Part shown: positions 1 through 11,429 of the stretch, piece by piece | Layout of the letters: every line of letters starts with the position of its first letter | Position numbering within the stretch: the first letter of the stretch is position 1 | Assembly (NCBI RefSeq): GCF_006345805.1 | Contig: NC_043012.1 | Coordinates: 744,001-808,000 of the forward strand | Reading direction: 5' to 3' | From: Octopus sinensis | Lineage: Eukaryota | DNA length: 64,000 bases | Notes under the pieces: model-generated | Told to the model about the DNA's origin: nothing | What the model saw: the letters and a program-made list of their open reading frames with translations, nothing else | The model's database searches: none | Program-made: the position numbers and the translations under genes

Positions 1-136
1 CCAAATCCACTCACAAGGCTTTGGTTGGCCCGAGGCTATAGTAGAAGACACCTGCCCAAGGTGCCACACAATGGGACTGAACCCAGAACCATGTGGTTGG
101 TAAGCAAGCTACTCACCACACAGCCACTCCTGCACC
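1..136 (-). mobile_element. SINE family A (tRNA-derived), 5' head portion cut by the window edge
   Basis: Reverse complement matches the head GCAGGAGTGGCTGTGTGGTAAG...GGTTCAGTCCCA seen in many copies in this window (e.g. 24793, 52469). Confidence 0.85.
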
Positions 137-142
137 TAATGA

Positions 143-600
143 TAATGATGATAGATGATGAGGAGGAGGAGGTAGAAGAGGAGAATGATGATGATGATGG
201 TGGTGGTGGTGGTGATGATGATGATGAAGAGGAGGAGGAGAGTGATGATGATGATGATGATGATGATGACGACGACGACCACGATGAAGACTATAATAAC
301 GATGACAATGACAATGGCAGTGATGATGATGATGATGATGATAATGATGACAATGATGATACTGAAGATGATAATAATGATGACAATGATGATGATGATA
401 GTGATGATGATGGTGATGTGATGATGATGATGATGATGATGGTGATAATGTGGATGATGATAATGATGACAACCACAATGAATATGATAATAACAATTCT
501 GGTGATTGTGATGATGATGATGATTATGATGACAATGGTGATGACGATAATGATGATGACGATGACGATGCTGATGATTATGATGAAGATGACAAAGTCA
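143..600. repeat. Compound (GAT)n/(GGT)n/(GAG)n microsatellite
   Basis: Degenerate triplet runs; they generate the poly-D/M/H ORFs in the track. Confidence 0.95.
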
Positions 601-934
601 ATCAGATGAAACACAATCATAATCCAGAATTATGTACATTCATTATCCACTACAGCACTTGGGCAATCCCCTCGATACATTGTAACCTCAAATTACATGT
701 ATATTACATTTGTATAAGAATAAACTGGGATTATACCCTTAATCCATCAGTTCAATTGCAATCCATCATTATTACACATGTTATTTGTTGATACACTTAT
801 AATTCAAAATCATGAACTAAATTTTTGAAATTCTTGAGTATTTTCTATGTTCACATCACATGAGGTATTGCCCTACATTGCACCTGAAAAATGTTAATCC
901 TTCAATACACTTACAAGCCACAGATACGTATATA

Positions 935-1103
935 GGCACAGGCATAGCTATGTGGTAAGAAGCTAGCTTCCCAATCACATGGTTCTGGGTTCAGTCCTAC
1001 TGTATGGTACCATAGGCAAGTGTCTTCTACAAAAGCCCCATCCTGCAACCAACCAAAACCTTGTGAGTGGATTTGGTAGATAGAAACTGAAAGAAGTTTG
1101 TTG
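935..1103 (+). mobile_element. SINE family A, head half, ending in (TA)n
   Basis: Similar to the family A head: ...GTGGTAAGAAGCTAGCTTCCCAATCACATGGTTCTGGGTTCAGTCC...GGATTTGGTAGA. Confidence 0.8.
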
Positions 1104-1414
1104 TATATATATATATATATATATATATACATACATGATGGCTGCCCCCTCGTTATCGAGTAAGGCCATTGCACGAAGCTTAACTGTTATCGGTGCTGTG
1201 ATCGAATGTGACTTTTATTTGCTTTTTAAGGCTACAGCCAGCCATTCAGTTGAGACTCACAGCACTATCAACAATCATGAACAATGTTGCTATCGTGCAA
1301 TGCCTGTGCAAGAAGATTTTTTTTAAAGTGAGGAAAGGCTGTGCACTGAGTCAATCCCACTCACTAAGCAACAGCAGCCATAATGTTGTTGTTGTTGTTG
1401 TTGTTATTGTTATT

Positions 1415-1447
<33 letters not shown>

Positions 1448-1466
1448 ATCATTATTATTATTATTA

Positions 1467-1690
1467 AGGTGGTAAGCTGGCAGAATCGTTAGCACAACAG
1501 GCAGAATGCTGAGTGGCATTTTGTTCATTTTTAATGTTTTAAGTTCAAATTTCACCAAGGTCGACTTCGGTTTTCATCCTTCCATGGTCAATGAAATAAG
1601 TACCAGTGAAACACTGGGGTTGATGGAATTGACAAGTCCCCTCCCCCTGCCAAATTTCAGGCCTTGTGCCTATAGTAGAAAAGATTATTA
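1467..1690 (+). mobile_element. SINE family B (tRNA-derived head, (ATT)n tail)
   Basis: AAGGTGGTAAGCTGGCAGAATCGTTAGC...TTCAAATTTCACCAAGGTCGACTT...CATCCTT...AAGTACCAG...CCTTGTGCCTATAGTAGAAAAGATTATT; many similar copies in window. Confidence 0.85.
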
Positions 1691-2325
1691 TTACCGTTAT
1701 CTGTTTTGTCTAGTTTCCTTCCAAAATCAAATTTCCAATCATACCTACATTTACCATTTTCTTATGATCCACAAATACTAGTAAATTATCACTGGTTCCT
1801 CTCCTTTTCATGGTGTTGTCCTTATCAGGTGACTGCATCACTTTATTTTCTGCCGTTTTCCTTGTTCTCATTGTTCCATGGCCCCAAGATTCCATATTCT
1901 AAATTTTCATATTCATCGAAATATTCTGTCTAAGCCTATAAAACTGATTGTGCTAAGACATGTCTCTCTTTGATCTGTGTTCTTCACCTGAATAGCTTCC
2001 AGCCATTCCAAAATGCGAAATTATTGATTTTATGCTGCATACTTTCCATGACACACTGAACATACACCATTCTTAGAATTAATGGTATTGAACATTGTAT
2101 AAAAAGACCAAAGGGGTCAAACTAAACAACCTTATAAAATTTCTGTTATTGATTTCACTATTTCCTAAATCTTTAGCAGAATACAAAGAAAGAGGGCCTA
2201 CTTTTCTGGTGGTATCTTTCCTTTTCTTCTTAGAATTCTAATGACTTTTGCTTCATCTCTCGTTTCAATATATCTTTGGAACAGTATTAGTAGCACAATG
2301 AAGTATATCCAATATGCTCTGCAAA

Positions 2326-2430
2326 CGAGACCTGTGAAGACCGAAGTGGAGAAAGGTTCCGTGCCAACGGCGGTCGAGCACGGGTCAGTCGGTCCTAAGA
2401 AGCAGGCAAAAGCTTCCATGAAAGGCGCCA
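2326..2430 (+). pseudogene. 28S rRNA fragment (retrocopy), helix region just 5' of and into expansion segment D7
   Basis: CAAACGAGACCTGTGAAGACCGAAGTGGAGAAAGGTTCCGTGCCAACGGCGGTCGAGCACGGGTCAGTCGGTCCTAAG aligns by eye with the conserved eukaryotic LSU stretch CAAACGAGAACTTTGAAGGCCGAAGTGGAGAAGGGTTCCATGTGAACAGCAGTTGAACATGGGTCAGTCGGTCCT, with a compensatory CCGTG/CACGG change. Confidence 0.88.
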
Positions 2431-2432
2431 AA

Positions 2433-2663
2433 GAGGTAGTGAGCTGGCAGAACTGTTAGCACACCGGGTGAAATGCGTAGCTGTATTTCATCTGACATTA
2501 CGTTCTGAGTTCAAATTCCGCCGAGGTTGACTTTGCCTTTCATCCTTTCAAGGTCGATAAATAAAGTACCAGTTACACACTGGGGTCGATATAACCGACT
2601 TAATCCGTTTGTCTGTCCCTGTTTGTTCCCTCAATGTTTGGCCCCTTGTGGGCAATAAAGAAA
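2433..2663 (+). mobile_element. SINE family B monomer fused 3' of the 28S fragment
   Basis: Full head to GGGCAATAAAGAAA tail. The 28S+SINE unit is flanked by the exact direct repeat CAATATGCTCTGCAAA (2310-2325 and 2664-2679). Confidence 0.88.
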
Positions 2664-2942
2664 CAATATGCTCTGCAAAGGGATTGGTGCTAAGAAGGAC
2701 ACCCACCTATAGAAATCATGTCACAGATTGATATACATGAGCAAAATGTGCTCGACTGACCCTCCTAGGTAGGATGGTAACTTCCAAATAAGAACTGATG
2801 AGCTGGTAGATTCATTAAAGCTTTAGTAAAAGCACGTATTCTCTGGTGTTTAGTTTCGCTTTTTATGTTCTGAGTTCAAATCTTACTGAAGCCAACTTTG
2901 CTTTTCATTCTTTCATGGTTTATCTTTTAATTCAACAATAAC

Positions 2943-3000
<58 letters not shown>

Positions 3001-3003
<3 letters not shown>

Positions 3004-3910
3004 TCTGAAACAGAGGGGTTTATCATAGCAGCTCAAGATCAATGCCTACCAACAAGAAACTACCAGGCCAACATATTAAAGAACGGCAGTAGCCCAACAT
3101 GTCGTGTATGCCGACAACGAAATGAAACCATTGATCATGTTGTCTCCAAATGCAGTCTTCTAGCGCCTATAGAGTACCTCAACAGGCATGATAGAGCTGC
3201 ACAATATATTCACTGGGTAATTTGCAAAAACCTGGATTTGCCCCATGAAAAAAACTGGTGGGAACACAATCCACCTCCAGTGCTTGAAAAGGACCACATC
3301 TCACTCCTATGGAACTTCACCATTCAAACTGACAGGAAGATAGATGCAAATAGGCCAGACATCATATTGAAAGACTTCAGACAAAGAACATGCCTCCTCA
3401 TTGATATGACTGTCCCAATCGATATAAACGTATCTATCAAGACCTACCAAAAACTGAGCAAATATAAAGATCTTGAAATAGAAATCAGCAAAATGTGGAA
3501 GCTGAAGACTAAAACAATACCTGTTGTCATAGGTGCCCTGGGAATGATAGCGAAAGGGACTAATTGCTACCTAACTCAGATACCAGGAAACCCCAAAATG
3601 GCAGAAATTCAAAAGATAGTGCTCATGGGAACTGCTCATATCCTACGCAAAATACTCTCTATGTAATCCCAAGGTTTAAAACAAACTTTTTTTTATTTAT
3701 TTATTTTATTTTATTTTATTTTATTTATTATTTTTTAAATTTTATTTTTATGTATTAGACATTCACTAGTACAACACCAAAAAAAAAAAAAAAAACCCAA
3801 ATATATGGCACAGAACTTCCAACCTGTTGTCTCTTGAGGTCTCTGGGTGAGACTTGGAGCCAACTTGTACAGACATAAAGCAAAAGTCAAACATATAACA
3901 ATAATAATAA
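3001..3910 (+). mobile_element. 5'-truncated R4/Dong-clade non-LTR retrotransposon (CCHC knuckle + restriction-like endonuclease + 3' UTR)
   Basis: Frame open 3001-3666: KSETEGFIIAAQDQCL...CRVCRQRNETIDHVVSKC (CCHC)...ANRPDIIL...LLIDMTVP...KLSKYKDL...PVVIGALG (PD-D/ExK endonuclease). Preceded by (TAA)n 2940-3000 and ends in AATAATAATAAT. Confidence 0.88.
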
Positions 3911-4023
3911 TCATCATGAGTCATAAGTATGTTATATAAGAGTAAAATTACATAAATAATACAAAGAAAAAGTGAAATAGAATTTATGCTCTAGAAGTAA
4001 CATAAAAATGAAACAAAATGTGT

Positions 4024-4376
4024 ATCATCATCATCATCATCATCGTTTAACGTCTGTTCTCCATGCTAGCATGGGTTGGATGGTTCGACCAGAGATCTGG
4101 GAAGCCAGAAGGCTGCACCAGGCTCCAGTCTTATCTGGCAATGTTTCTACAGCTGGATGCCCTTCCTAACGCCAACCACTCCGTGAGTGTAGTGGGTGCT
4201 TTTTACGTGCCACCTGCACAGGTGCCAGGCGAGGCTGGCAACGGCCACGGTCGGATTGGTGTATTTTACGTGCCACCAGCACGGAAGCCAGTCGAGGTGG
4301 CGCTGGCATCGGCCACGAGTCGGATAGTGCTTTTTACGTACCACCAGACCAGGGATCCTGCCTGGTTCAATTCGAT
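4024..4376 (-). mobile_element. Family C: 5'-truncated RTE LINE 3' end with (GAT)n tail
   Basis: CATCATCGTTTAACGTC...CCATGCTAGCATGGGTTGGA...GGATGCCCTTCCTAACGCCAACCACTCC; same sequence as the UTR adjoining the RTE ORF at 38477-38931. Confidence 0.85.
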
Positions 4377-4516
4377 ATATAAATATCACACGTGTCTTGA
4401 ATGGGCTGGAGTATTTCTATTTTGGATGTATTTGGGGTACTTAGTTGTGCTCATGACTTAGTGTTTTGCTTCTTCCATGGGTTTGAGTAAGTATCTCATT
4501 TATTTCTTTGCCACAT

Positions 4517-4576
4517 TTATCACTGACGAAGGGAGGGTTCTTACGAACTAACCCTGAAATCGGTCCGATATGGTAA
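4517..4576 (+). ncRNA. Type I hammerhead ribozyme motif, canonical core
   Basis: Stem I TTATCA(4517-22)/TGGTAA(4571-76); core CTGACGA 4523-29; stem II AGGG/CCCT extended by GGTTC-ttac-GAACT; GAAA 4556-59; stem III ATCG/CGAT; AUA triplet with predicted cut after 4570. Confidence 0.8.
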
Positions 4577-4868
4577 TAATGGAATTTTTTAGAAATTTCT
4601 GTCGGCTTTTTTTCGAGTAGCGTGCGTATTGTGAAAAATCATATCGTAATGGACAATATGTCCAATTTTCGGCATATTTGGCATTAGAAATTTTTTCGTT
4701 TGCCCTTATTTATAAGTTGTTTATATATATATATGTATATATATATGTATTTTAGTTGATGAGTACGGGACACTTTTATCTGCTGCAATTTTTGCAAATT
4801 GTAATAAAGCCTGTCTTTGTATGAAACAATTGTACTAAAAACCAATCCATTCTTGTTGCTTCTTTCTC

Positions 4869-4905
<37 letters not shown>

Positions 4906-5179
4906 CTCACAAGTATGGATGTCAATAATTTATGAATCAATATGTATCTGTATTCATATATATATATGTTCTTTTCTAAGTTACTTATTTGAGTTTATAA
5001 ATTAAGGGATGTAAGAGTAAAAAATAAAATAAGAATAATAAATTAATAAATTAAAATAAAATGAATTTATAATATGATATGATAAAGTAGAAGCAAAATG
5101 AAATAAAATAAAATAAAAAGTAAATAAAATAGAATGTAGGCAACTGAAAAATTGAAATAAAGTCATGCTCATATGTGAA

Positions 5180-5744
5180 GATGATGAAATGCCCTGATGC
5201 AGTACCAGGCAGTGGCTCTCATGGCTTCTGATCTTAACTGATTGGAAGTGTTATCATGTACATTGTTTTGTCTTGGTATAAAAGATGAGCTACAGCAAAT
5301 ATTCTGCTCAATACCACAGATTTACTTGTCACTTGTTTGACCATAACCAGTTGAGCATGTCCCCTAGTGGTTGACGATATGTGCATCTATGACCACAAGC
5401 AGAAGTAGTGGGGGAGGATCATAGCCATGTGTTGTGAGGAATTCTTTGGAGTTTAAATAATTCAGCTCCAGAAACATGGGTGTTTCATTCAACATCCTTA
5501 AACAACCCTTATTCAAGGACCTTTTGAGTGGGATGAGTTACTCGACCAGAAGAAAATTCTAACTGGGCCCCACCCGCAAGGTCATGTGCTGTTTATCTTG
5601 ATATGAGATCACTATGTTGTGCACATATGGTTGTGATGCATGTGCCTGGTGTATCCTTATCGAACGGGTAGTGATGATGGGTATACTGGGCTTCGTATAT
5701 TTTACCCCAGTATCACTTTGATGGCATGGACTGCTCTCTCACTC

Positions 5745-5788
<44 letters not shown>

Positions 5789-5790
5789 TA
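5180..5790 (+). mobile_element. Probable interspersed repeat (non-LTR 3' UTR-like) ending in (AAT)n
   Basis: About 560 bp of higher-complexity sequence ending CTCTCTCACTC(AAT)n. I recall it as a high-copy octopus repeat, but only one copy is in the window. Confidence 0.4.
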
Positions 5791-6149
5791 ATAGTAATAA
5801 TAATAATGATGATGATAAGAAGAAAAAGAAGAAGAAGAAGAAGAAGAAGCAGAACAACAACAACAACAACAACAACAGCAACAACAACAACAACAAAAAC
5901 AATAACAACAGCAAAAACAACAACAATAACTACAGGAAGAACATTAATAATAAGACCAGCATTTTCTAAGAGTAAAGAGCAAATCAATTGCATTAAGGTG
6001 CCTAACTTGACGGGTACTTTTATTTTACCGATTCTGAAAGAAAGAAAACCAAAACTGACCTCAGAAGAATTGCAACCGAGGAAGTAAAGAAGCAGAAGAA
6101 ATGCCACTAAGCATTTTGTCCAAAACACTAACAATTCTGGCAGCTGACC

Positions 6150-6510
6150 AATGAAGATGATGATGATGATGATGGTGTGGATGATGATGATGATGATGAA
6201 GAAGAAGATAATGATGATGATGATGGTGATGATGATGATGATGATGATGATGGTGTGGATGATGATGATGATGAAGAAGAAGAAGATAATGATGATGATG
6301 AAGATGGGGATGACGATGATGACGACAACAATGATGATGATGATGATAACGACCATGATGTTGATGATGATGATGATTATCATCATCATCATGATGCTTA
6401 TGATGATAATGATGATGCTGCCGATGATGATGATGATGATGATGATGATCATCATGATGATGATGATGATGACGATGATGACGATGATGATGATGATGAT
6501 GATGATGAGA
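6150..6510. repeat. Compound (GAT)n microsatellite
   Basis: Degenerate GAT/GAA/GGT runs. Confidence 0.95.
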
Positions 6511-7734
6511 ATAAAAGAAGTACAGAAGAGAATAAACAGAGAGCTGACAAAAAGAAATTAAGAAGCAGAGGAAGAGTAGGACATGGAAAGAAGAGAGAGG
6601 TGGAAGTGTATGGATGACAGGTTTTTTTCAATTATGGTATTTGAGACATAAAAAAGTAATATATGATAAGGAAAACTTATTTCTGCAAAGAAATAAAAAT
6701 GGTTTGGTTTTTATCTGTAGGAAATACGTTTTTAACATATCGAAATCCTTATATAAAAGAATAAGGTAAAAAAAAAAAAAAAAGAGTGGAGAGATTGCTG
6801 TGAGGATAAACAAAAATAATTAGTTCCTTGCATCTATTTTTTTCTTTGACTTCATTTTAAAGAAGGAATGATAGCGCCCAAGCCCTTTAAAGGAGGTTTC
6901 TGAGGTTGATGGGGGGGGTCTAAATGAGGAGGTGAGACATTGATTGATCAATGATTTTTAAAAGGAGTCTTTGAGGTTGGTAGGATCTAGAGGAGAGGAA
7001 CTGCATGGCCATGCCTAACCCTGTAAATGTTAAGATACAGCACAGTAACTTGGAAAGTTTGTATTGATCATAGTTGATAACATAGTACTAGCGTCAAATT
7101 TAACCCTCACCCTCCCATTAAAGGATACATGACAAAGATAATGGCTAAAAAGGAAAATACCAGTCATTCCTTCTAGAGCTAGATTTCATTAATTAGCCAA
7201 AATATACACCTGCTCATATAGGCAGGGGATGGAGGTTTCCCTTTTCTATTTTTCTGATATTTTTTCTTCTGTTCTCTCATATGTAATCCATACTCCACAG
7301 CTTGTCGACCAGTTGTATTTTTTTTAACCAAACATTCTGTGCAAAAGAGTTTAAGTTAAGCATTTCTGACTGGCATGTCTGACGCAATGGAATTATTCTG
7401 TCCATGTAGGGAAGCTGAATTATTTATGAAGCTCTCCAGTAACTTTTGGCTTTATATAGAGTTTAATTTATACTGTTGTCTAAATAAAATATCTGCCTTA
7501 CTAGCTTAAAATGAGCATCCTCGTCTCTTCTCACTTATGAAATGCTCATGGACATATGTTTCTATGTGCATCTGTACATATGTATGCATTTAAGTATGTA
7601 TGTATGCATGTGTATGTAAATGCTTTGAATCTGTTGAACTTATTTTATTTATTCCTATGGATATATGTACATATACCACACTACATACACATCACATCAC
7701 AATACACCACCCACACAGAAGCACAGACCAATTC

Positions 7735-8259
7735 CCATTTGAACTTTGGGCCTCACTTTCGGCCTCACAGAGGCAATGACTAGCAAACAAGGCCTTTGGC
7801 AAAATGCTGTGTTTGAGAAGGCTTGTTAAGCCAAGAGAAAGCATAGTCATGGCTGATACTGGTGTCACATAACTGGCACCCATGCCGGGGCACATAAAAG
7901 GCACCTGTCAAGCATTTGCCCTCACAGAGACAAAGTGACTGAGTTCCTTTCGATTGTTCGGCCTCACAGTGGCAATGACTGAAACCTTTGGTATTATGTC
8001 ATGCTTGAGAAGAAAACCCATCAAGCTTAGCAAATTCACAGTTGTGGCATATACCGGTGTCACACAAATGGCACCTGTACCAATGACAAGTAAAAGCATC
8101 CACTACACTCTCGGAATGGTTGGCATTAGGAAGGGCATCCAGCTGTAGAAAACCATGCCAAGTCAGACTGGAGTCTGGTGCAGCCTTCCAGCTTGCTAGA
8201 TCTGGTCAAACCATCAAACCCATGCTAGAATGGACAATGATGATGATGATGATGGTGAT
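7735..8259 (+). mobile_element. Family C RTE 3' end, diverged, sense orientation
   Basis: ...CACTACACTCTCGGAATGGTTGGCATTAGGAAGGGCATCCAGCTGTAGAAA...CCATGCTAGAATGGAC...(GAT)n. Confidence 0.75.
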
Positions 8260-8399
8260 GATAGCATATTTGTGTGTGTATATATGCATATATACATATA
8301 TTCATACATATATACATACATTATACATGTATGTGTATATATATATATGTATACACGTACACACACACACATACACACACATACATATCTTTATATATA

Positions 8400-9187
8400 C
8401 AGGGGTTAGGCAAAATAATGGAATCACCTTAAAATTTCAAACAAATTTATTTTAATATGGGGTAGGACCGCCTTTGGCAGTAATTACAGCTTGAATTCTA
8501 TGAGGTATGGATTTGTACAAGGTTTGAATTGCTTCCAAAGGAATTTTAGTCCTTTCTTCAGCTAAAACAGTCTCCAGTTCTTGTAGTGATGATGGTGGAG
8601 GATATCGACTCCTTACATTTTTTTCTAAAATGCACCATAAATGTCCAATAATATTGAGATCTGGGGACTGCGGTGGCCAGATAAGATGTTCAACTTCACT
8701 AGAATGTTCCTTGTACCATTCAGTAAAAACTTTAGCTGTGTGAATTGATGCATTATCATCCTGAAAGATTGTGTTTCCCTCCAGAAACAGTTCCGCAACC
8801 ATAGGATGAATTTTCTCAGATAAAATACTTAAATAATTTTGACTATTAATCCTGCCACGAATTAGGCCGGCGGATTTTCAAGATATAGCGCTCCCACCAG
8901 ATCCTCCTCCATGTTTAACAGTTGGAAGAAGGCAGTCTGGGTCAAATGCTTCTTTTGGCTGTCTCCACATGTATACTCAGCCAGTGGTCAGAAATAAGGT
9001 AAAAGATGACTCGTCCAAGAAAATAGCATTCTTCCACTGCTCTGGGGACCAATTCTGTAGGCTTTTACTCCATTCTAAATGCTTTGCAATGCTTGTTTTT
9101 GAAAGTAGTGATTTTCTGATTGCAGCCCTCTTGTAAAATCCAGCTTTCTGCAGCTCCCGGTGAACAGTTTTTGTGGAAACTGGGTTC
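8400..9187 (-). mobile_element. Tc1-family DNA transposon relic (3' half of a DD34E-type transposase + right TIR)
   Basis: Minus-strand frames give VSTKTVHRELQKAGF...WKNAIFLDESSF, then FQDDNASIHTAK...WPPQSPDLNIIGHLW...AKGGPTPY* (catalytic E appears as G). TA|CAGGGGTTAGGCAAAATAATGG TIR at 8400; 5' part cut by a family C insertion. Confidence 0.9.
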
Positions 9188-9400
9188 CCATCATCATCAT
9201 TTAACGTTTGGTTGGATGGTTTGACCAGAGCTGACAAATTGGAGAGCTGCATAAGGCTCCAATCATCACCTTTGACATGGTTTCTATGGCTAGATCTCCT
9301 TCCTAATGTCAACCACTTTACAGAGTGTACTGGGTGCTTTTTATGTGGTACCAACAAAGATGATTTTTATGTGACACTGGCACAGGGGATTTTCGTGTGG
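9188..9400 (-). mobile_element. Family C RTE 3' end, diverged
   Basis: CATCATCATCATTTAACG...CCTTCCTAATGTCAACCAC...GGGTGCTTTTTATGTG. Confidence 0.7.
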
Positions 9401-9495
9401 CACAATGCAAAATGGATGAAATACAGAAGGGAAAATAGGACAATAGTTAATGTGTTATCTTGTATCCCTTCAGGGTGAGAACATTTTTCTCAAGA

Positions 9496-9654
9496 AGGCG
9501 CAGGAGTGGCTGTGTGGTAAGTTCTGGGTTCATTTCCACTGTGTGGCACCTTGGGCAAGTGTCTTCTACTATAGCCTCAGGCTGACCAAAGCCTTGTCAG
9601 TGGATTTGGTAGACGGAAACTGAAGGAAGCCTGTCGTATATATATCTATCTATC

Positions 9655-9732
<78 letters not shown>

Positions 9733-9927
9733 GTGTGTGTTTATGTTTGTCCCCCAACATCGCTTGACAACTGATGATGGTGTGTTTATCTCCCCGTAAC
9801 TTAGCGCAGTTCGGCAAAAGAGACCTATAGAATAAGTACTAGGCTTATGAAGAATAAGTCCTGAGGTTGATTTGCTTGACTAAAGGCGGTGCTCCAGCAT
9901 GGTCGCAGTCAAATGACTGAAGCAAGT
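9496..9927 (+). mobile_element. SINE family A, near full length with internal (TA)n
   Basis: Head AGGCGCAGGAGTGGCTGTGTGGTAAG, internal TA/TG tract, tail ...CCAGCATGGTCGCAGTCAAATGACTGAAGCAAG. Confidence 0.88.
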
Positions 9928-10024
9928 TTCTAGAAAACTGTGAGTATACATGAGCTGAGCACAGGATGAACAGAGCAGCTTGGTAACCTGATCTCAGATG
10001 AAGAGAGGAGCTACATGAATTTTT

Positions 10025-10437
10025 CTGCTCCAGGCACAAGGCCCGAAATTTTTGGGAAGGGGGTAGGCAGTCGATTAGATTGATCCCAGTACGCAACTGG
10101 TACTTAATTTACTGATCCCTAAAGGATGAAAGGCAAAGTTGACCTCGGTGGAATTTGAACTCAGAATGGAAAGAAAGACGAAATACCACTAAGCACTTCA
10201 CCCTGCAAGCTAATGTTTCTTATTTGTTTATTGCCCACATGGGGCTAAACATAGAGGGGACAAACAAGGACAGACAAAGGAATTAAGTCAACTATATAGA
10301 CCCCAGTGCATAACTGGTACTTGTTTAGTCGACTCCAAAAAGAATGAAAGGCAAAGTCGACCTCGGCGGAATTTGAACTCAGAACGTAGCGGCAGATGAA
10401 ATACCACTAAGCATTTCTACCAGGTCACCGCCTTAGG
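10025..10437 (-). mobile_element. SINE family B dimer
   Basis: Two tandem B units joined at ...GGGCAATAAACAAATAAGAAACATTAGC..., the same junction as 54966-55400. Confidence 0.8.
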
Positions 10438-10800
10438 AGCTACATGAACTGAGCTAGAAATAGTAGGAAGCAAATAACGGATCGAATCTTGGTATTGTAC
10501 TTAAAATTTAGTATGATAGAAAGTGCATGATAGTAGTTTCCAGAGATAAATAAAGATTGGCACTAGAATCTGGTAAACTAATAATGGTCCACATTGGAAG
10601 GAATCAGGTGGGAAATAACGATTAAAGATATATGCAAGTTACTGTAGCATGAAATGAAGTGGAGAATAATGTTCCAAGAAAAGTAACTTATTAAATAAAT
10701 CTTGGTGTCTTGATCGTATTGCATATCTCTTTTGTTACCTAATTCAAACTGACATAGACAAGCACGGGAATAAAAAGTTTGCTCTCTGTCCTTCGTCATT

Positions 10801-10892
<92 letters not shown>

Positions 10893-11081
10893 GGTGGTGG
10901 TGGTGGTGGTGGTGGTTTTGGTTGTGGTGGTGGTGGTGGCGATGGTGGTAGTAGTAGTAGTAGAAGTAGTGGTGGTGGTGGGTGGTGGTTATGATGGTGG
11001 TGGTGGTGGTAGTGGCGATGGTGGTAGTAGTAGTAGTAGTGGTGGTGGTGGTGGTGGTGGTGGTTGTGATGGTGGTGGCGA

Positions 11082-11130
<49 letters not shown>

Positions 11131-11210
11131 TGCTGCTGTTGTTGTCTCTACTATAATTTGTTTTACTCTTTTTTTCGTAGGCCTGTAGTAATTGGGTTTT
11201 TGTTTTTCAG

Positions 11211-11231
11211 CTTTTGGAGTCTACAAGACTG
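11211..11231 (+). CDS. Candidate 21-nt microexon of an unidentified host gene
   Basis: TTTTTGTTTTTCAG|CTTTTGGAGTCTACAAGACTG|GTGAGT. A second strong acceptor 30 nt upstream (TTTTTTTCGTAG, ends 11180) gives a 51-nt variant; both lengths are multiples of 3. Splice signals only. Confidence 0.35.
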
Positions 11232-11429
11232 GTGAGTGGTTAGGGAGAGAAGTAATAATTTGACAGTACTGGAAACCTAACCTGAATGCTTGCAACAGAA
11301 TAGACTCTCCTGAAGGCCCCCAAAGTTCATTTGCTGGTGTTAAATGAACTGGTACCCCAATAGGTGGTCTTTGAATCAGTAGACATGTCTTGCAAGATGT
11401 TTGAGCCATGACTATTTTTTATCATCATT

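Noticed and set aside
25-609. Long acidic or Met/Ile/His-rich ORFs here and at 6151-6617, 13378-13836, 16963-17691, 35502-36332, 42417-43393 and 46700-47337
   Set aside because: They are translations of GAT/GGT/GAG triplet microsatellites that stay open in several frames on both strands, with no domain content or splice context.
1826-1930. Minus-strand peptide YFDEYENLEYGILGPWNNENKENGRK* as a terminal exon
   Set aside because: Short, weak acceptor, no recognisable homology; compatible with chance.
2326-2430. Functional rRNA gene
   Set aside because: Only about 105 nt, fused to a SINE inside a TSD, with no flanking rDNA; treated as a retrocopy.
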